Assembly: GCA_965222605.1 (NCBI GenBank)
Contig: OZ244960.1
Coordinates: 3,680,001 to 3,744,000, forward strand
Length of the DNA stretch: 64,000 nt
Source: Candidatus Latescibacterota bacterium
GTDB taxonomy: Bacteria; Latescibacterota; UBA2968
Direction: 5' to 3'
How positions within the stretch are numbered: the first letter of the stretch is position 1; every line of letters starts with the position of its first letter. Both the position numbers and the translations under genes were made by a program. The notes beneath the pieces are model-generated. The model was not told the DNA's origin. It made no database searches and saw only the letters and a list, made by a program, of their open reading frames with translations. Positions 29,584 to 39,837 of the stretch are shown here, in pieces.

Positions 29584-31860
29584 TCATTTTATGATTACAA
29601 AGGTACCGGACTGAGTTTGGCCCGGAGATACCAGCGATTCCACTACAAAGTAGTAGATTCCCGATGAGACAGGTCCGGTGACAGACCGGTTGAGCAGAAG
29701 CCGCCAATTGACTTCGCCGCGGTCTGGTCCGTCGTGTTCGAACTGCGCCACCAGGTCGCCGGAAAGGGAGAAGACGTTGATTCTGGCCTTCCTCGGCACG
29801 TTCACGAATCGAACGCGGTCGGAACCTGAATACTTATGGACATCGTCGGCTCTGAATGGATTGGGCACTACCCGGACACGGTCCTGTAGTTGGTCCTTGG
29901 CATCGGTGGAAGGCACGAACGGTACTTTCGATAGGGGCGTACGCTGAGACTCGCCACCCTTTCCACTTTCAAGCCCCAGACTCAGACGCGTCTGTTCGAT
30001 CTTCGAGAGATCGCTCATGGTCGATGTCCCATTTGTCCACGAGGATTTGCCCGAGGCATAGGTCGTAACAGCGTACCAGTACTCGAATCCCGCCGCGGAC
30101 CGCGTGTCGGCGTAGGTGTAAATTCCGTTGTTCAGCGAGGAGTTTGGCGTATTGGGATTTGGGTCTCCCACCGGGATGTCTTCGAGGAGCGTCCATGGCC
30201 CGATTTCCCGCACAGAGGACTGATAGACGCGATACCCGGCAATATCCGCTGTTCCGTAGTCCGGATTCGGGGACTGCTCGACGGAAGTGCTCCACGAAAG
30301 CTGAAGGTTGCCCTGCGGATTGCTTCCGACAGTGAACGCCACGTCGGGTGGGGCATCGGGAATATCAAACCCGTTGTCGTAGGCAAATTGCGCTCTCGCC
30401 AGGTGGTTGAACAATGCCTGCTCGCCGTCGGCGAGTTGATCATGACGGCCCTGTATTGCCCATTCGTACATATCCATTCCCTGGGCTTCGGCTCCCGAGC
30501 CGAGAACATAAGCGAGGACGATTTTTGCCTTGTCTCCTGGTCCCAGGTCGTAGGGACCATAGGTTTGGGAGTTGAGGAGTCCCTTCACCTCACCCGGATT
30601 GTCGCGACTGGAGGCGGTAAAGATTTCGTAGATCTCCTGATCTGAATTGACCTGATTTGTAGGCTCTTCCGAGTTCTGCGTGTCGAAGGCTTCCCACCAA
30701 TGGCCAGCAAAAGGCTGCTCCATTTGCTTTGGTGCTATGTAGATCTCTCCGGGATCATTGGTAAAAGGCGGCGTGTAATCCAGAGGCGCCACCCCCACGT
30801 ACTGAAAAGCCATCAGTTCGCCTTCTGTTTCGGAATAAGCGGGGAGTTGAGCGGCAAGTTCGGAACTGAACGGCTCTCCGGTGTCGTCGTTGGTTGTGAA
30901 GGGTGAATCGCCATCCCATTGATACGCCATCTTCGTTGCACTGTGCGGACCCGAATAGTTCGGAGCACCGGTATAGACAAACCAGTCATCCCGGACTTCG
31001 TTGCGGTAGTTCCCGTAATTGCCGCTGCCGTACCGCGTGATATGCCCGGCCTGGGCTACGGCGAAGCTGTTCACGAAGACGAAGTAGGTGTCATTTAGCT
31101 GCATCGGCAATCCGCTGTCGGCAATACCATCCCCGTTGGCATCTCCCGTGTTCTCGAAGATGTGTTCTACGATCACAAAATCGTCGTAGTCGGGATAGCT
31201 CCAGGCATACGCCTTGCGGGTAACTGTAATGCCCCGCTCCGTCGTCCACTTTGACACGATTATTTCCTCGGGAAAATGGTCCTTGTCAGCATCCATATAC
31301 TTGCTGCCGGCATAGTTGTGGATCTCGACGGGTTCCTCGATTGGAGGCGCAGCTCCCGGGTAGTAGTTGCTGCGGCCATCGTTCACACCCAGAGAGGCTT
31401 CTGGCTCCTCGTTTGCGTCGTAAACCATTGGCGCGATATCCACTGTCTCATATCTCGGATTCGATGACGAGACGTTATAGGAACCTGGCTCGCGCGTGAG
31501 AATCCAGACGCCTTGCCCCAGAGCGCAGTTGTAGCCATCGATACCCGAACTTTGCAGGTTGGGGTACCACGATCCCCAGATCCAATCGTTGGGATCGCCG
31601 CCCGAGGTCGCACTGTGTACCTTCGTGCCGGGGTAGGACAAATCGGGATCCGTGAGTCCTTCGGCCCCGCCCCCTCGCCCAATATCATTCCGTCTCCCCA
31701 TCGTTCCCGTATTTCGAAAACTGATCCAGGTTTTTGATCGTGTCAGATGGCGCTGTTTTCCGGGAGGATTTCCCGCTTCCACTTCAGCAGTAAACCAACC
31801 CGAAAGCACGAGCGCGAAAGCACCCGCGCCAAGAAGCCCTAAGGAAGTTTTCCAATGCAT
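29584..31860 (-). CDS. Secreted protein with FN3-like region and T9SS-CTD/FlgD-like C-terminus
   Basis: Signal peptide; AGYRVY, YWYAVT; C-terminal VRVVPNPF...F.NVP....I.VFSLSGDLV...SGIYYFVV. Confidence 0.72.
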   Translation of the reverse strand: MHWKTSLGLLGAGAFALVLSGWFTAEVEAGNPPGKQRHLTRSKTWISFRNTGTMGRRNDIGRGGGAEGLTDPDLSYPGTKVHSATSGGDPNDWIWGSWYPNLQSSGIDGYNCALGQGVWILTREPGSYNVSSSNPRYETVDIAPMVYDANEEPEASLGVNDGRSNYYPGAAPPIEEPVEIHNYAGSKYMDADKDHFPEEIIVSKWTTERGITVTRKAYAWSYPDYDDFVIVEHIFENTGDANGDGIADSGLPMQLNDTYFVFVNSFAVAQAGHITRYGSGNYGNYRNEVRDDWFVYTGAPNYSGPHSATKMAYQWDGDSPFTTNDDTGEPFSSELAAQLPAYSETEGELMAFQYVGVAPLDYTPPFTNDPGEIYIAPKQMEQPFAGHWWEAFDTQNSEEPTNQVNSDQEIYEIFTASSRDNPGEVKGLLNSQTYGPYDLGPGDKAKIVLAYVLGSGAEAQGMDMYEWAIQGRHDQLADGEQALFNHLARAQFAYDNGFDIPDAPPDVAFTVGSNPQGNLQLSWSTSVEQSPNPDYGTADIAGYRVYQSSVREIGPWTLLEDIPVGDPNPNTPNSSLNNGIYTYADTRSAAGFEYWYAVTTYASGKSSWTNGTSTMSDLSKIEQTRLSLGLESGKGGESQRTPLSKVPFVPSTDAKDQLQDRVRVVPNPFRADDVHKYSGSDRVRFVNVPRKARINVFSLSGDLVAQFEHDGPDRGEVNWRLLLNRSVTGPVSSGIYYFVVESLVSPGQTQSGTFVIIK

Positions 31861-31898
31861 GGAATATTCTCCTTTAGTTCAAGGGATGACATATTGGT

Positions 31899-34800
31899 TT
31901 AAAAAGAGAGGCGAAGTCCAGTGAACGTCTCTCTCGGTGCCCCCGCATAGCGAGTCCGATCCAGGGTATCTCCAAATGAGTTGTAGGTCGGACTGGTCGG
32001 GCGGGGAAGGTCTAAGCCGTACTGATAATAATCGTTGCCAGCCGAACTGGAAACGGCCGACAGGTTGTAGTCTTGCTGATTGAACAGGTTGAATACTTCG
32101 AGGAAAAACTCGAGTTGCCTCTCACCAAAGTCGAATCTCCTCACGACGCCTAAGTCCACAGTTGACTGCATGGGTTTGGGTTTTATTTCTCGAGGTCCCA
32201 CCAGGGGCCGGAACTGGAACGGTCCGCCCGTCACCAGTCGATAGACCAGATTGACGTTCAGGTTTTCCAGCGGTGCGAAACCCCGGATCCTGGGACCATA
32301 CTCGGAGGGCGATGCAAAGAGAAATGCCAATGATCCTTGGCTTCGCCTATCATCTGCGATGCTATTTCTTCTCGCTCCGTACCCCGACTGCCGCCAGACC
32401 AGGAAGCGCTTCATCCCCGGGTAGTCCTCGAAATCCATCAGTTCCCCTTTGATTCCGTTGAACTGAAGGGTCGTCGGGTCGTAAGCGGCAATGGCTGCAT
32501 CGGCAATATCGGCCAATTCTCGTGCGCGCGCCGGATCTGCTTTGCTGATTGGAATCAGGCGCTCGCTGCCGTCTGGCTGAGGCTCCCAATACTCGTCTGC
32601 GCCGTTGGGCGCGTAGTGGTCACTCATGACGAACTCGCCGGTTGGCAAGTAGAAATCGAATGTGACGCCGCCTTCGCCCTCTGATTCCCACTGCAGATTG
32701 TAGGCGGCTAAAAAAGAGAAGTTATGGCTGAATTTCTTGCGGAGTCCCAACTCGAATCCGCGGACATCGTTAAATTCCTTCCGCAGGGACGAATACCGGA
32801 AAGCGATTCCGGCTCCTGTGGGACGCCTTACACCTGCCGGGTCGTTCATGCGACTGAACCCGGAGCCGTTGACCTGATCGTTTTGGCTCTTGTGGAATGT
32901 CGCCAGGCTCAGCGTGTAGTCGCTGACAAAATTCCAGTCGAAGCCGACCTCGAATTGTACGGTCTGTTCCCAGGCCTGCTCCCGGGGGTCTCCGTACTCA
33001 TCCGATGTCCTCAGGCGATTGTACAATTCAGTCTCAGGATCGATGCGTCCATTCTGATTGACATCTACATCTGCCTCGTTGCCACGCCATTCTTCGCCGA
33101 ACATCTGATGGAAGTTGTTGATCTGGTAGAACTTCCCGAAAAAGTAGTGGAGTTTCGCACGCTCTGTGATGGGGTGCGAGATTCCAATGCGGGGAGAGAA
33201 ATTTTTGATGACAGGTCCATCTACCGTAGGTGCTTGACGGTTCCGCGTGTAGGTCGTATAGATGGCTGGCCATCCGTGCCATGCTCCAATCGGCGTGTTC
33301 GTGTCGAACAGGTCTCCGCGAATGCCGACGTTGATGATCAGTCCCAGGAACTCCATTTTATCCTGGGCGTACACGGAGTATTGACGTGGTGTAACGCCTT
33401 CGCCCATCTGATGGGCTTTTCCCATAAAGAGGATCCGTCGCGAGTTCTCAGTGGTTTTAATGATGCGCGAACCCCAGGTGTCGTAGAAGGTCGCGTCGAA
33501 GCCAGCCTTGATAAAGTGGCCTCGGGTCACCTGATTCGAGAGGTCGAATTTGATGCCAACGCGTTTTTGGTTGCCGATCTGGACGCTGACCGTTGGCCGC
33601 GGACGAATGTAAAACCAATTGTCATTATCGCGGAATTCGGGACCTGCATTGCGGACGTCATCCAGCGATGGTACCCCCGAGGAATCGCGCTTGCTTTCGG
33701 AGCGGAAAATGCGGACTTCGTAAAACATCTTAGGCGTCAGGGAATGAGTCAGGGTGGCGTAGAACAGGTTGTCCGATTCGATCCACTCTCCCGCTCCGGA
33801 CACACCCGAGGGCAGGAAGATATTTCGTCCGCTGTTCGACATGTTCCGCACCGTGCCTTCGCCTCCGTTGATGAACCCTCTGGCTCTGGAATAGAAGCCG
33901 CCAGCGGTGCCCCTGATATTGGGCGAGATATCGAAGGTTAGCTTGCCAATATTATGGGAGTTTGGCGGCGAGGTATCCTCCGGGCCTGGAATTGTCGCTG
34001 GCTGGAGGTTGTAGCGCGAACTGGCGAAGAAAGAGGCTTTTTCACCAATGGGTCCAGAGAGATTTCCTTCAACAAAATGCCCTGAGACCTCTGTGTAGTT
34101 TGTCCTCTGGTGGACGAGGCGACCGGTCAGGGGATAAATTTCGTTTACCCAGTCGATGTCGTCGAATTTCATACGGTCTCGATGCACTGGAGAGTCATAT
34201 ACATTTTCTCCCCAGTGTCTTTGGGTAGATGGCGTGAATCGGTATTCCAGCCGTCCTCCCATGTCCTTTCCGCCCGATTTGGTTACGATATTGATGACGC
34301 CGCCCTGTGCGTTGCCGTATTCGGCTTCCATACCACCGGTCACGACCGTTAGTTCCTGGATGGCGCTGTTGTTGAATCCCTGGAAGTAGCGGGACCTATC
34401 CCAGCCAGTGTCGTTGTTGACAATTTTGATGCCATCCAGGTAGTAGGTGACATCTCCGGCCTCGACGGTGTCGCCCCCTCGGATCCGCTGTCGTCCGTCA
34501 TTCGAGACCCCTGCCTGAAGCTCGATCAGATCGTCGAAGCCCCGAATCAGGGGAAGCGCCTCAATGTCACTGGCGTCGATGACATATTTGCTGGATGTTT
34601 TATCCGGTTCCACCGGGGGCCGCTCCGCCACTACGGTCAGGACATCCATTTCCAATACCGTCGGCGGCAGCGTGAAATTTACGGTCGTGGTATAGTCTGC
34701 ATTCACCCGTACCTGTGTCTTGGTCCGGGGTGTGTAGCCGACCAGGCTGGCCGTCATTGTGTACGTTCCCGGTTCCACAAGCAGGATGACGTAATTTCCT

Positions 34801-35006
34801 TCCGCGTCGGCTGTCGCCCCCCGCTGCGTGCCCTCAATAACCAGATTTGATCCGGGGAGGGGGCTGCCATCTGGGTCCAGCACCTGACCGGTTATTTTGC
34901 CCGTTGTTCCTGCGAGGGCAGATCCAGATAGCAGTAAACTCAGCACAAAGGTCAACAGCCCGGTCGCGAATATAGAAAGTACAACTGATTTGGGCTGATT
35001 CATCAA
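31899..35006 (-). CDS. TonB-dependent receptor with N-terminal carboxypeptidase-regulatory-like domain
   Basis: AGTTGKITG, IRGG, TGG..AEYGNAQGGVINIVTK, FSPRIGISHPI, NLFN, C-terminal F. Confidence 0.9.
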   Translation of the reverse strand: MMNQPKSVVLSIFATGLLTFVLSLLLSGSALAGTTGKITGQVLDPDGSPLPGSNLVIEGTQRGATADAEGNYVILLVEPGTYTMTASLVGYTPRTKTQVRVNADYTTTVNFTLPPTVLEMDVLTVVAERPPVEPDKTSSKYVIDASDIEALPLIRGFDDLIELQAGVSNDGRQRIRGGDTVEAGDVTYYLDGIKIVNNDTGWDRSRYFQGFNNSAIQELTVVTGGMEAEYGNAQGGVINIVTKSGGKDMGGRLEYRFTPSTQRHWGENVYDSPVHRDRMKFDDIDWVNEIYPLTGRLVHQRTNYTEVSGHFVEGNLSGPIGEKASFFASSRYNLQPATIPGPEDTSPPNSHNIGKLTFDISPNIRGTAGGFYSRARGFINGGEGTVRNMSNSGRNIFLPSGVSGAGEWIESDNLFYATLTHSLTPKMFYEVRIFRSESKRDSSGVPSLDDVRNAGPEFRDNDNWFYIRPRPTVSVQIGNQKRVGIKFDLSNQVTRGHFIKAGFDATFYDTWGSRIIKTTENSRRILFMGKAHQMGEGVTPRQYSVYAQDKMEFLGLIINVGIRGDLFDTNTPIGAWHGWPAIYTTYTRNRQAPTVDGPVIKNFSPRIGISHPITERAKLHYFFGKFYQINNFHQMFGEEWRGNEADVDVNQNGRIDPETELYNRLRTSDEYGDPREQAWEQTVQFEVGFDWNFVSDYTLSLATFHKSQNDQVNGSGFSRMNDPAGVRRPTGAGIAFRYSSLRKEFNDVRGFELGLRKKFSHNFSFLAAYNLQWESEGEGGVTFDFYLPTGEFVMSDHYAPNGADEYWEPQPDGSERLIPISKADPARARELADIADAAIAAYDPTTLQFNGIKGELMDFEDYPGMKRFLVWRQSGYGARRNSIADDRRSQGSLAFLFASPSEYGPRIRGFAPLENLNVNLVYRLVTGGPFQFRPLVGPREIKPKPMQSTVDLGVVRRFDFGERQLEFFLEVFNLFNQQDYNLSAVSSSAGNDYYQYGLDLPRPTSPTYNSFGDTLDRTRYAGAPRETFTGLRLSF

Positions 35007-35015
35007 GACCTCCTT

Positions 35016-35735
35016 CTATTTGAAATAGAATTTTATTCCCGCACTCATATCGAATAGCTGGATCGGAAATGTATGTCCGATGTTGTATTGCACGACTTCG
35101 CGCATTTCGCCTATCACCATGTTATACCGCGCCCGCACATCCAATGCCCAGTTTTCGATGATGAAGGCCTGAGCACCAAGCCCGAGGTTGAAACTCAAGG
35201 CCGTGCGCGTATCGCTGAAGGGGTGAAGGACAAGAGTTGTGTCGAGCGGGGGTGTCGTCTGTGCGCCAAAGACCAGATTTTCATTGTAAAAATCGTAGTC
35301 GTAAAATCCGACGCCGAAAGCAAAATAGGGAGAAATACCACCGCGTGTGAAGGCGTGACCGCTGGGTGGATGCACCAGGAGGTTCACAATGGCACTTTTA
35401 AGTGTCATCTCCGATACAGCTTGAGGGCTGCTATAGGAATTGCCATCTACCGGCCAGACAAATTCCAGGTCCTCGAGCTTCCCGTTGTTAAACTTGGCGT
35501 AATAGCCCTCCAATTCCAGGATCGTGCTGGGGGACATCACATAGCTGAGTGTTCCCCCTACCTTCCCGGTATCGGTGACCCGATCTCTCAGACCCATTAA
35601 TGGCACGTTGAGGCTCCAATATCCCCCCAAACCGAGCCGCCATTGGGTCTTGTCCTGGGCATGTGCCTCCTGGGCTTTGCTATTGAAAGCGAGACACATT
35701 AGCCCGCACATTGTTAATGCTTTGAGTAGCTTCAA
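35016..35735 (-). CDS. Small outer-membrane beta-barrel protein
   Basis: Signal peptide; SPYFAFGVG.Y; C-terminal GIKFYF; TTG start with AGGAGG RBS. Confidence 0.75.
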   Translation of the reverse strand: MKLLKALTMCGLMCLAFNSKAQEAHAQDKTQWRLGLGGYWSLNVPLMGLRDRVTDTGKVGGTLSYVMSPSTILELEGYYAKFNNGKLEDLEFVWPVDGNSYSSPQAVSEMTLKSAIVNLLVHPPSGHAFTRGGISPYFAFGVGFYDYDFYNENLVFGAQTTPPLDTTLVLHPFSDTRTALSFNLGLGAQAFIIENWALDVRARYNMVIGEMREVVQYNIGHTFPIQLFDMSAGIKFYFK

Positions 35736-36146
35736 TGTCTGCCCTCCTTTTGGTTTTGATAGACTCGTTCGCTGCTGTAGGCTAAATTTTTATTCGATAA
35801 AATTATATAAAAAATAAGATTATATTTATTGAAATGTCAAGCAATTTTTTGTTTAAAATTCTATGTTACTATTGGGTTATACATATTTATCTATTTTTTC
35901 TACTGTCGAGATTTTAGACTACAGCAATATATATCAATAATATATATCAATAATTTATCTACAATAAGATATTATCTAATATACTTCTTTTATTTTTTGG
36001 TATATATTGCCTTTTGATCCAAAATACTTGAATCTGCACCCAGCAGAATGCGTTTCAGAAGGTGCTATAATCGAAACGCTTTTGTCTATTGAGGCGTCCA
36101 CATAGATAAACTTTCAATATTCCACTCTTATGGCGTGGGTAAAGCA

Positions 36147-37078
36147 ATGTCTGATAGAGGAAAAGACAGGCTCGTACTGGTGACGGGAGCCAGTGGGTAT
36201 GTTGGTGGGCGGTTGGTTCCGGCACTTGAAGAGCGGGAAGCGCGCGTGCGTTGTCTGGCTCGCAATCCCCTGTATCTGGCTGGTCGGTTTTGTCCCGATA
36301 CCGAAATTGTCGCGGGGGATGTGCTGGATCGGGATTCGCTCAGGGTTGCTTTGGAGGGGGTGAATACGGCGTACTATCTGGTGCATTCTATGGGGTCCAG
36401 GTCCAATTTTGAGGAGCAGGATCGCATTGGGGCACAAAATTTTGCTCGCGTCGCGCGCAGCAGGGGGTTCGGCGCGTTGTTTATTTGGGGGGTCTGGTTG
36501 GGGATAGCCAGCTTTCTTTGCATCTGGCGAGTCGTCGGGAGGTGGGGGCTATTTTGGCTTCTGAGGGACCTGCGACTCTGGAGTTTCGCGCTTCTATTAT
36601 TATTGGTTCGGGGTCGCTGTCTTTTGAGATGGTGCGCAGTCTGGTCAATAAGTTGCCGGTTATGATTACGCCGAGCTGGGTCTGCACGCCAACCCAGCCG
36701 ATTGCGATTGAGGATGTGATCGCTTATTTGATCCGGGGGCTGGATCTGGAGGAAGAAGGTAGCGCGATTTTTGAGATTGGGGGTCCGCAACAGGTGACTT
36801 ACGGCGGGTTGATGCGCGAATATGCCCGCCAGATCGGTGTGCGGCGTCTGATGATTCCGGTGCCTTTTTTGAGTCCTCGTCTTTCCAGTCTGTGGTTGGG
36901 GCTGGTGACGCCTCTTTATGCGCGGGTGGGTAAGAAGCTCATAGATAGTTTGCGGAATGAGACGGTTGTTCGAGATGGTGGTGCGCGCGAGCGTTTTCCC
37001 GTCTGTCCTCTTAATGTGCGTCAGGCGATGGCACGTGCGCTTGAGGAGGAAGACCGGGAGATGGCTCAGACCCGATAA
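36147..37078 (+). pseudogene. Frameshifted, probably truncated SDR/NAD(P)-binding oxidoreductase (YbjT-like)
   Basis: VLVTGASGYVGG and YYLVHSM in one frame; GVRRVVYLGGL, HLASRREVG and TQPIAIEDV in the next; shift near 36455-36465. Confidence 0.8.
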
Positions 37079-37090
37079 TACGAAAATTCT

Positions 37091-37439
37091 TTAGTCAGTG
37101 ATCTTTAAAAGCCTGCCAGCCCCCCTTCCGGGATAGGTTCGCGAGTTGGCGCCCGGGTAAGCATAGCCGTTTATAAAGACGCGCCGCGGTTTCTGCGAGT
37201 AGTACGGGTTCGGCTGCCCCGCACCAGGAGATGCGCTGAATGATGACCCGTCCCGATTCCTTTCTTTCTATGGCAAAGTCGGAGCCTTTGTGGATCCCGG
37301 GTTCCGATAGCGCGTAGGCCATTTTTTGCAGACGGTCAAATCCGGCTCGCATTTCTTCGATTTCGGTTGGCGCAAAAACGTCCGATACGATGACGAATCC
37401 GATTTCGAAGAATGCTTCGATCTGTTCGTCACTGAGCAT
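37091..37439 (-). pseudogene. Internally deleted paralogue of the PhyH gene at 27831-28589
   Basis: N-terminal MLSDEQIEAFFEIGF...WCGAAEPVLLA joined out of frame to the 3' end; 413 bp missing relative to the intact copy. Confidence 0.9.
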
Positions 37440-37469
37440 TGGAGATAGAGATAGGTTGCTCCTGATACA

Positions 37470-37576
37470 CCTCCCTAAAAAGCGAAAGGTCCCGAGAGAT
37501 CCCAGGACCAACTGCCGACCGGGAACAACCCCCAGTCCAATACCCGAATATAGTCCTTAAGAGCTTATTATGTCAA
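37470..37576 (-). promoter_or_regulatory. Promoter and two-hairpin leader with terminator-like element
   Basis: TTGACA-N18-TATATT; hairpins 37517-37537 and 37488-37509 followed by a T-rich tract. Confidence 0.45.
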
Positions 37577-37624
37577 GAATGTGTTTTTGAAATAGTGCGA
37601 TAAGCAAAACAATTTTTTCTATTA

Positions 37625-37653
37625 TTGACAAGTATTGTGTGATTATCTAAATT
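37625..37653 (+). promoter_or_regulatory. Sigma70-like promoter of the XRE gene
   Basis: TTGACA-N17-TAAATT. Confidence 0.5.
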
Positions 37654-38516
37654 GATATTGGATGGTTACAAATAGGAGATATTCCCAACACTCAGAGGTG
37701 CATCATGGTCATTACTTCCAAAGAGATCGGACAACGATTGCGATTTGCACGCGAAAGCCGACATATCACTCAGGAGGCTGCCGGTATAGTGCTTGGCTTA
37801 CAGAGATCTGCGATTAGTCTCATGGAATCCGGCCAACGGCAGGTTTCCACGCTTGAACTGACCCGTCTTGCGGATTTGTACGGACGTTCGGTCGAGTGGT
37901 TTGTCAATCCGGATAGCCCGCTTAAGCAGGAAGATCCGGTGGTCGCGCTTTTTCGCGCAGAGCCAGACTTGCAAAGCGAGGTCGTTCAGGAGCAAGCCCG
38001 ACGTTGTTTGCGTTTGCTCAGAGAAGGCGCGTCGCTTAGACGGCTGACGGGTCGTGGGACAGATGTTTCTCTGCCCAGTTATGATCTTCCGCCCCCTCGG
38101 TCGGTGGGACAGGCGATTGCCCAGGGCCAGCTTGTGGCCGAGCAGGAGCGTCGGCGTCTCGATTTGGGTAATGCGCCTGTTAAGGTGCCCGAGACTCTGG
38201 CTCGTCAGAATATCTGGACAGCTACTTTGCCATTGCCCGATGAAATTTCGGGTCTTTTTTTGAGTAGTCCCGACTTTGGCATGGCGGTGCTGGCTAATTT
38301 AAATCAGGCGCCGGTGCGGCGGCAGTTTTCGTTTGCACACGAACACGGTCACGCGCTTATGGACCGCGATGAGGCGGCTACTGTTACGAGTGCTCATAAT
38401 GCTAAGACGAGGAGACGATGTGCCTATCTTAGTTGAAATAGTAGAGGCTCCGATGTAAATTGGATACAGCAGATTCAACCGTGAAAACGCTGTGTCCTCA
38501 ACCAAAGGAGCCCGTG

Positions 38517-39837
38517 ATGAAAAAAGTATCGCACAAAGCCCCCAAAGTCAAGGCCATCCACAAAGACGATGCAACGCCAGAGACACCCCTTGAAGAAGAA
38601 GTGGGCGCACTGGATACACGCATCGCGTTGATCCAGGCCTTGATCCCATTAGGATTAGACGCCGTGGCAGAAGAATTGCAAGAAGAAGTGACCCGCTTGG
38701 CAGGTCACAGATACACACGCAAAGACACCCAAAACCCCAATCGTCGGTGGGGCAGTCAACAAGGGTCTGTGTATCTCTCCGATCAGAAAGTGCCCATACC
38801 TGTTCCCAGGATACGTAATGTGGTGACCGATGAGGAAGTCTCCTTACAGACCTATCATCATCTTCAGCACCCCCGCAGGATGGATGAAGGGCTGCTCCTG
38901 CGTATGATAAAAGGCATTGCCACACGCGCTTATCAAGCCTGTGCTGAGGCGATACCCGAAGCCTTTGGGCTCTCCTCATCTACCGTATCGAGACGCTTTA
39001 TCAAGGCGTCGGCACAAAAGTTGAAACAGTTCAAGGAACGCTCTTTAGCACAGTATGACCTCGTCGCCCTATTTATAGATGGAAAGACCTTTGCGGATCA
39101 GGAGATGATCATTGCCCTTGGCGTAACGATAGAAGGAGACAAAATCCCCCTCGGCTTTGTCCAGGCTGCGACCGAGAACGAGCGTGTCTGCCGACAGTTT
39201 ATACGGTCCCTCCTAAAGCGTGATCTGGTCTATCACAAGGGCCTGCTGTGTCTTATTGACGGCTCAAAAGGCTTGTATGCTGCCCTTACAAAGGCACTTG
39301 ATGGCTATGTGGTCATTCAACGTTGCCAATGGCACAAACGTGAGAATGTCATTTCCTATCTGCCTAAAGGAAAGCAAGATGAGATCAAAAAGACCCTCCA
39401 AAATGCCTACGATCTGCCCACCTACAAAGAAGCTAAAGCTGCTCTTGATGCCCTTAAACCTGAATTGACTTTGATCAACGAAGACGCGACAAAAAGCCTT
39501 GAAGAAGGTCTTGAAGAAACCCTGAGCCTGCATCGCCTAAGACTCATGCCGCAGTTGAAGCAGTCTTTCCGTACCACTAACTGCATTGAGTCCCTCAACT
39601 CTATGGTGGCACAACTCACCAGGGATGGTGTACAACGTGTCGCTTTCCAGACACGTTCATGTGAAGCGATGGACAAACTCGAATCAACGCACACGCTGGT
39701 TAGCCACTGCGCTGTTGGATATTGAACCGCGCTTGCGAAGGGTTAAAGGCTTCCGAAGCCTGCCCAAGCTCAGGCGCGCACTGCAGAAGGACTTGAAACT
39801 CGATACAGACTGGCAAGACGCGCTTGCTGCTGATTGA
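38517..39837 (+). pseudogene. IS256 transposase, frameshifted by a 34-nt insertion
   Basis: FIDG, IDGSKGL, QRCQWHK, RTTNCIES.N; C-terminus HVKRW...RWLA.ALL..E.RLRRVKG is in the +1 frame after 39657. Confidence 0.88.
39624..39657 (+). repeat. Short hairpin insertion element, copy 1
   Basis: GATGGTGTAC-AACGTGTC-gctttcca-GACACGTT followed by CAT. Confidence 0.7.

Noticed and set aside
32724-33941. 405-aa plus-strand ORF (also 22450-23403, 3950-4702 and other long overlapping ORFs)
   Set aside because: Antisense or off-frame shadows of well-supported genes, with no motifs of their own.
35780-36020. 62-aa ORF or ncRNA in the AT-rich stretch
   Set aside because: Low-complexity promoter-like region with no coding or structural signal.
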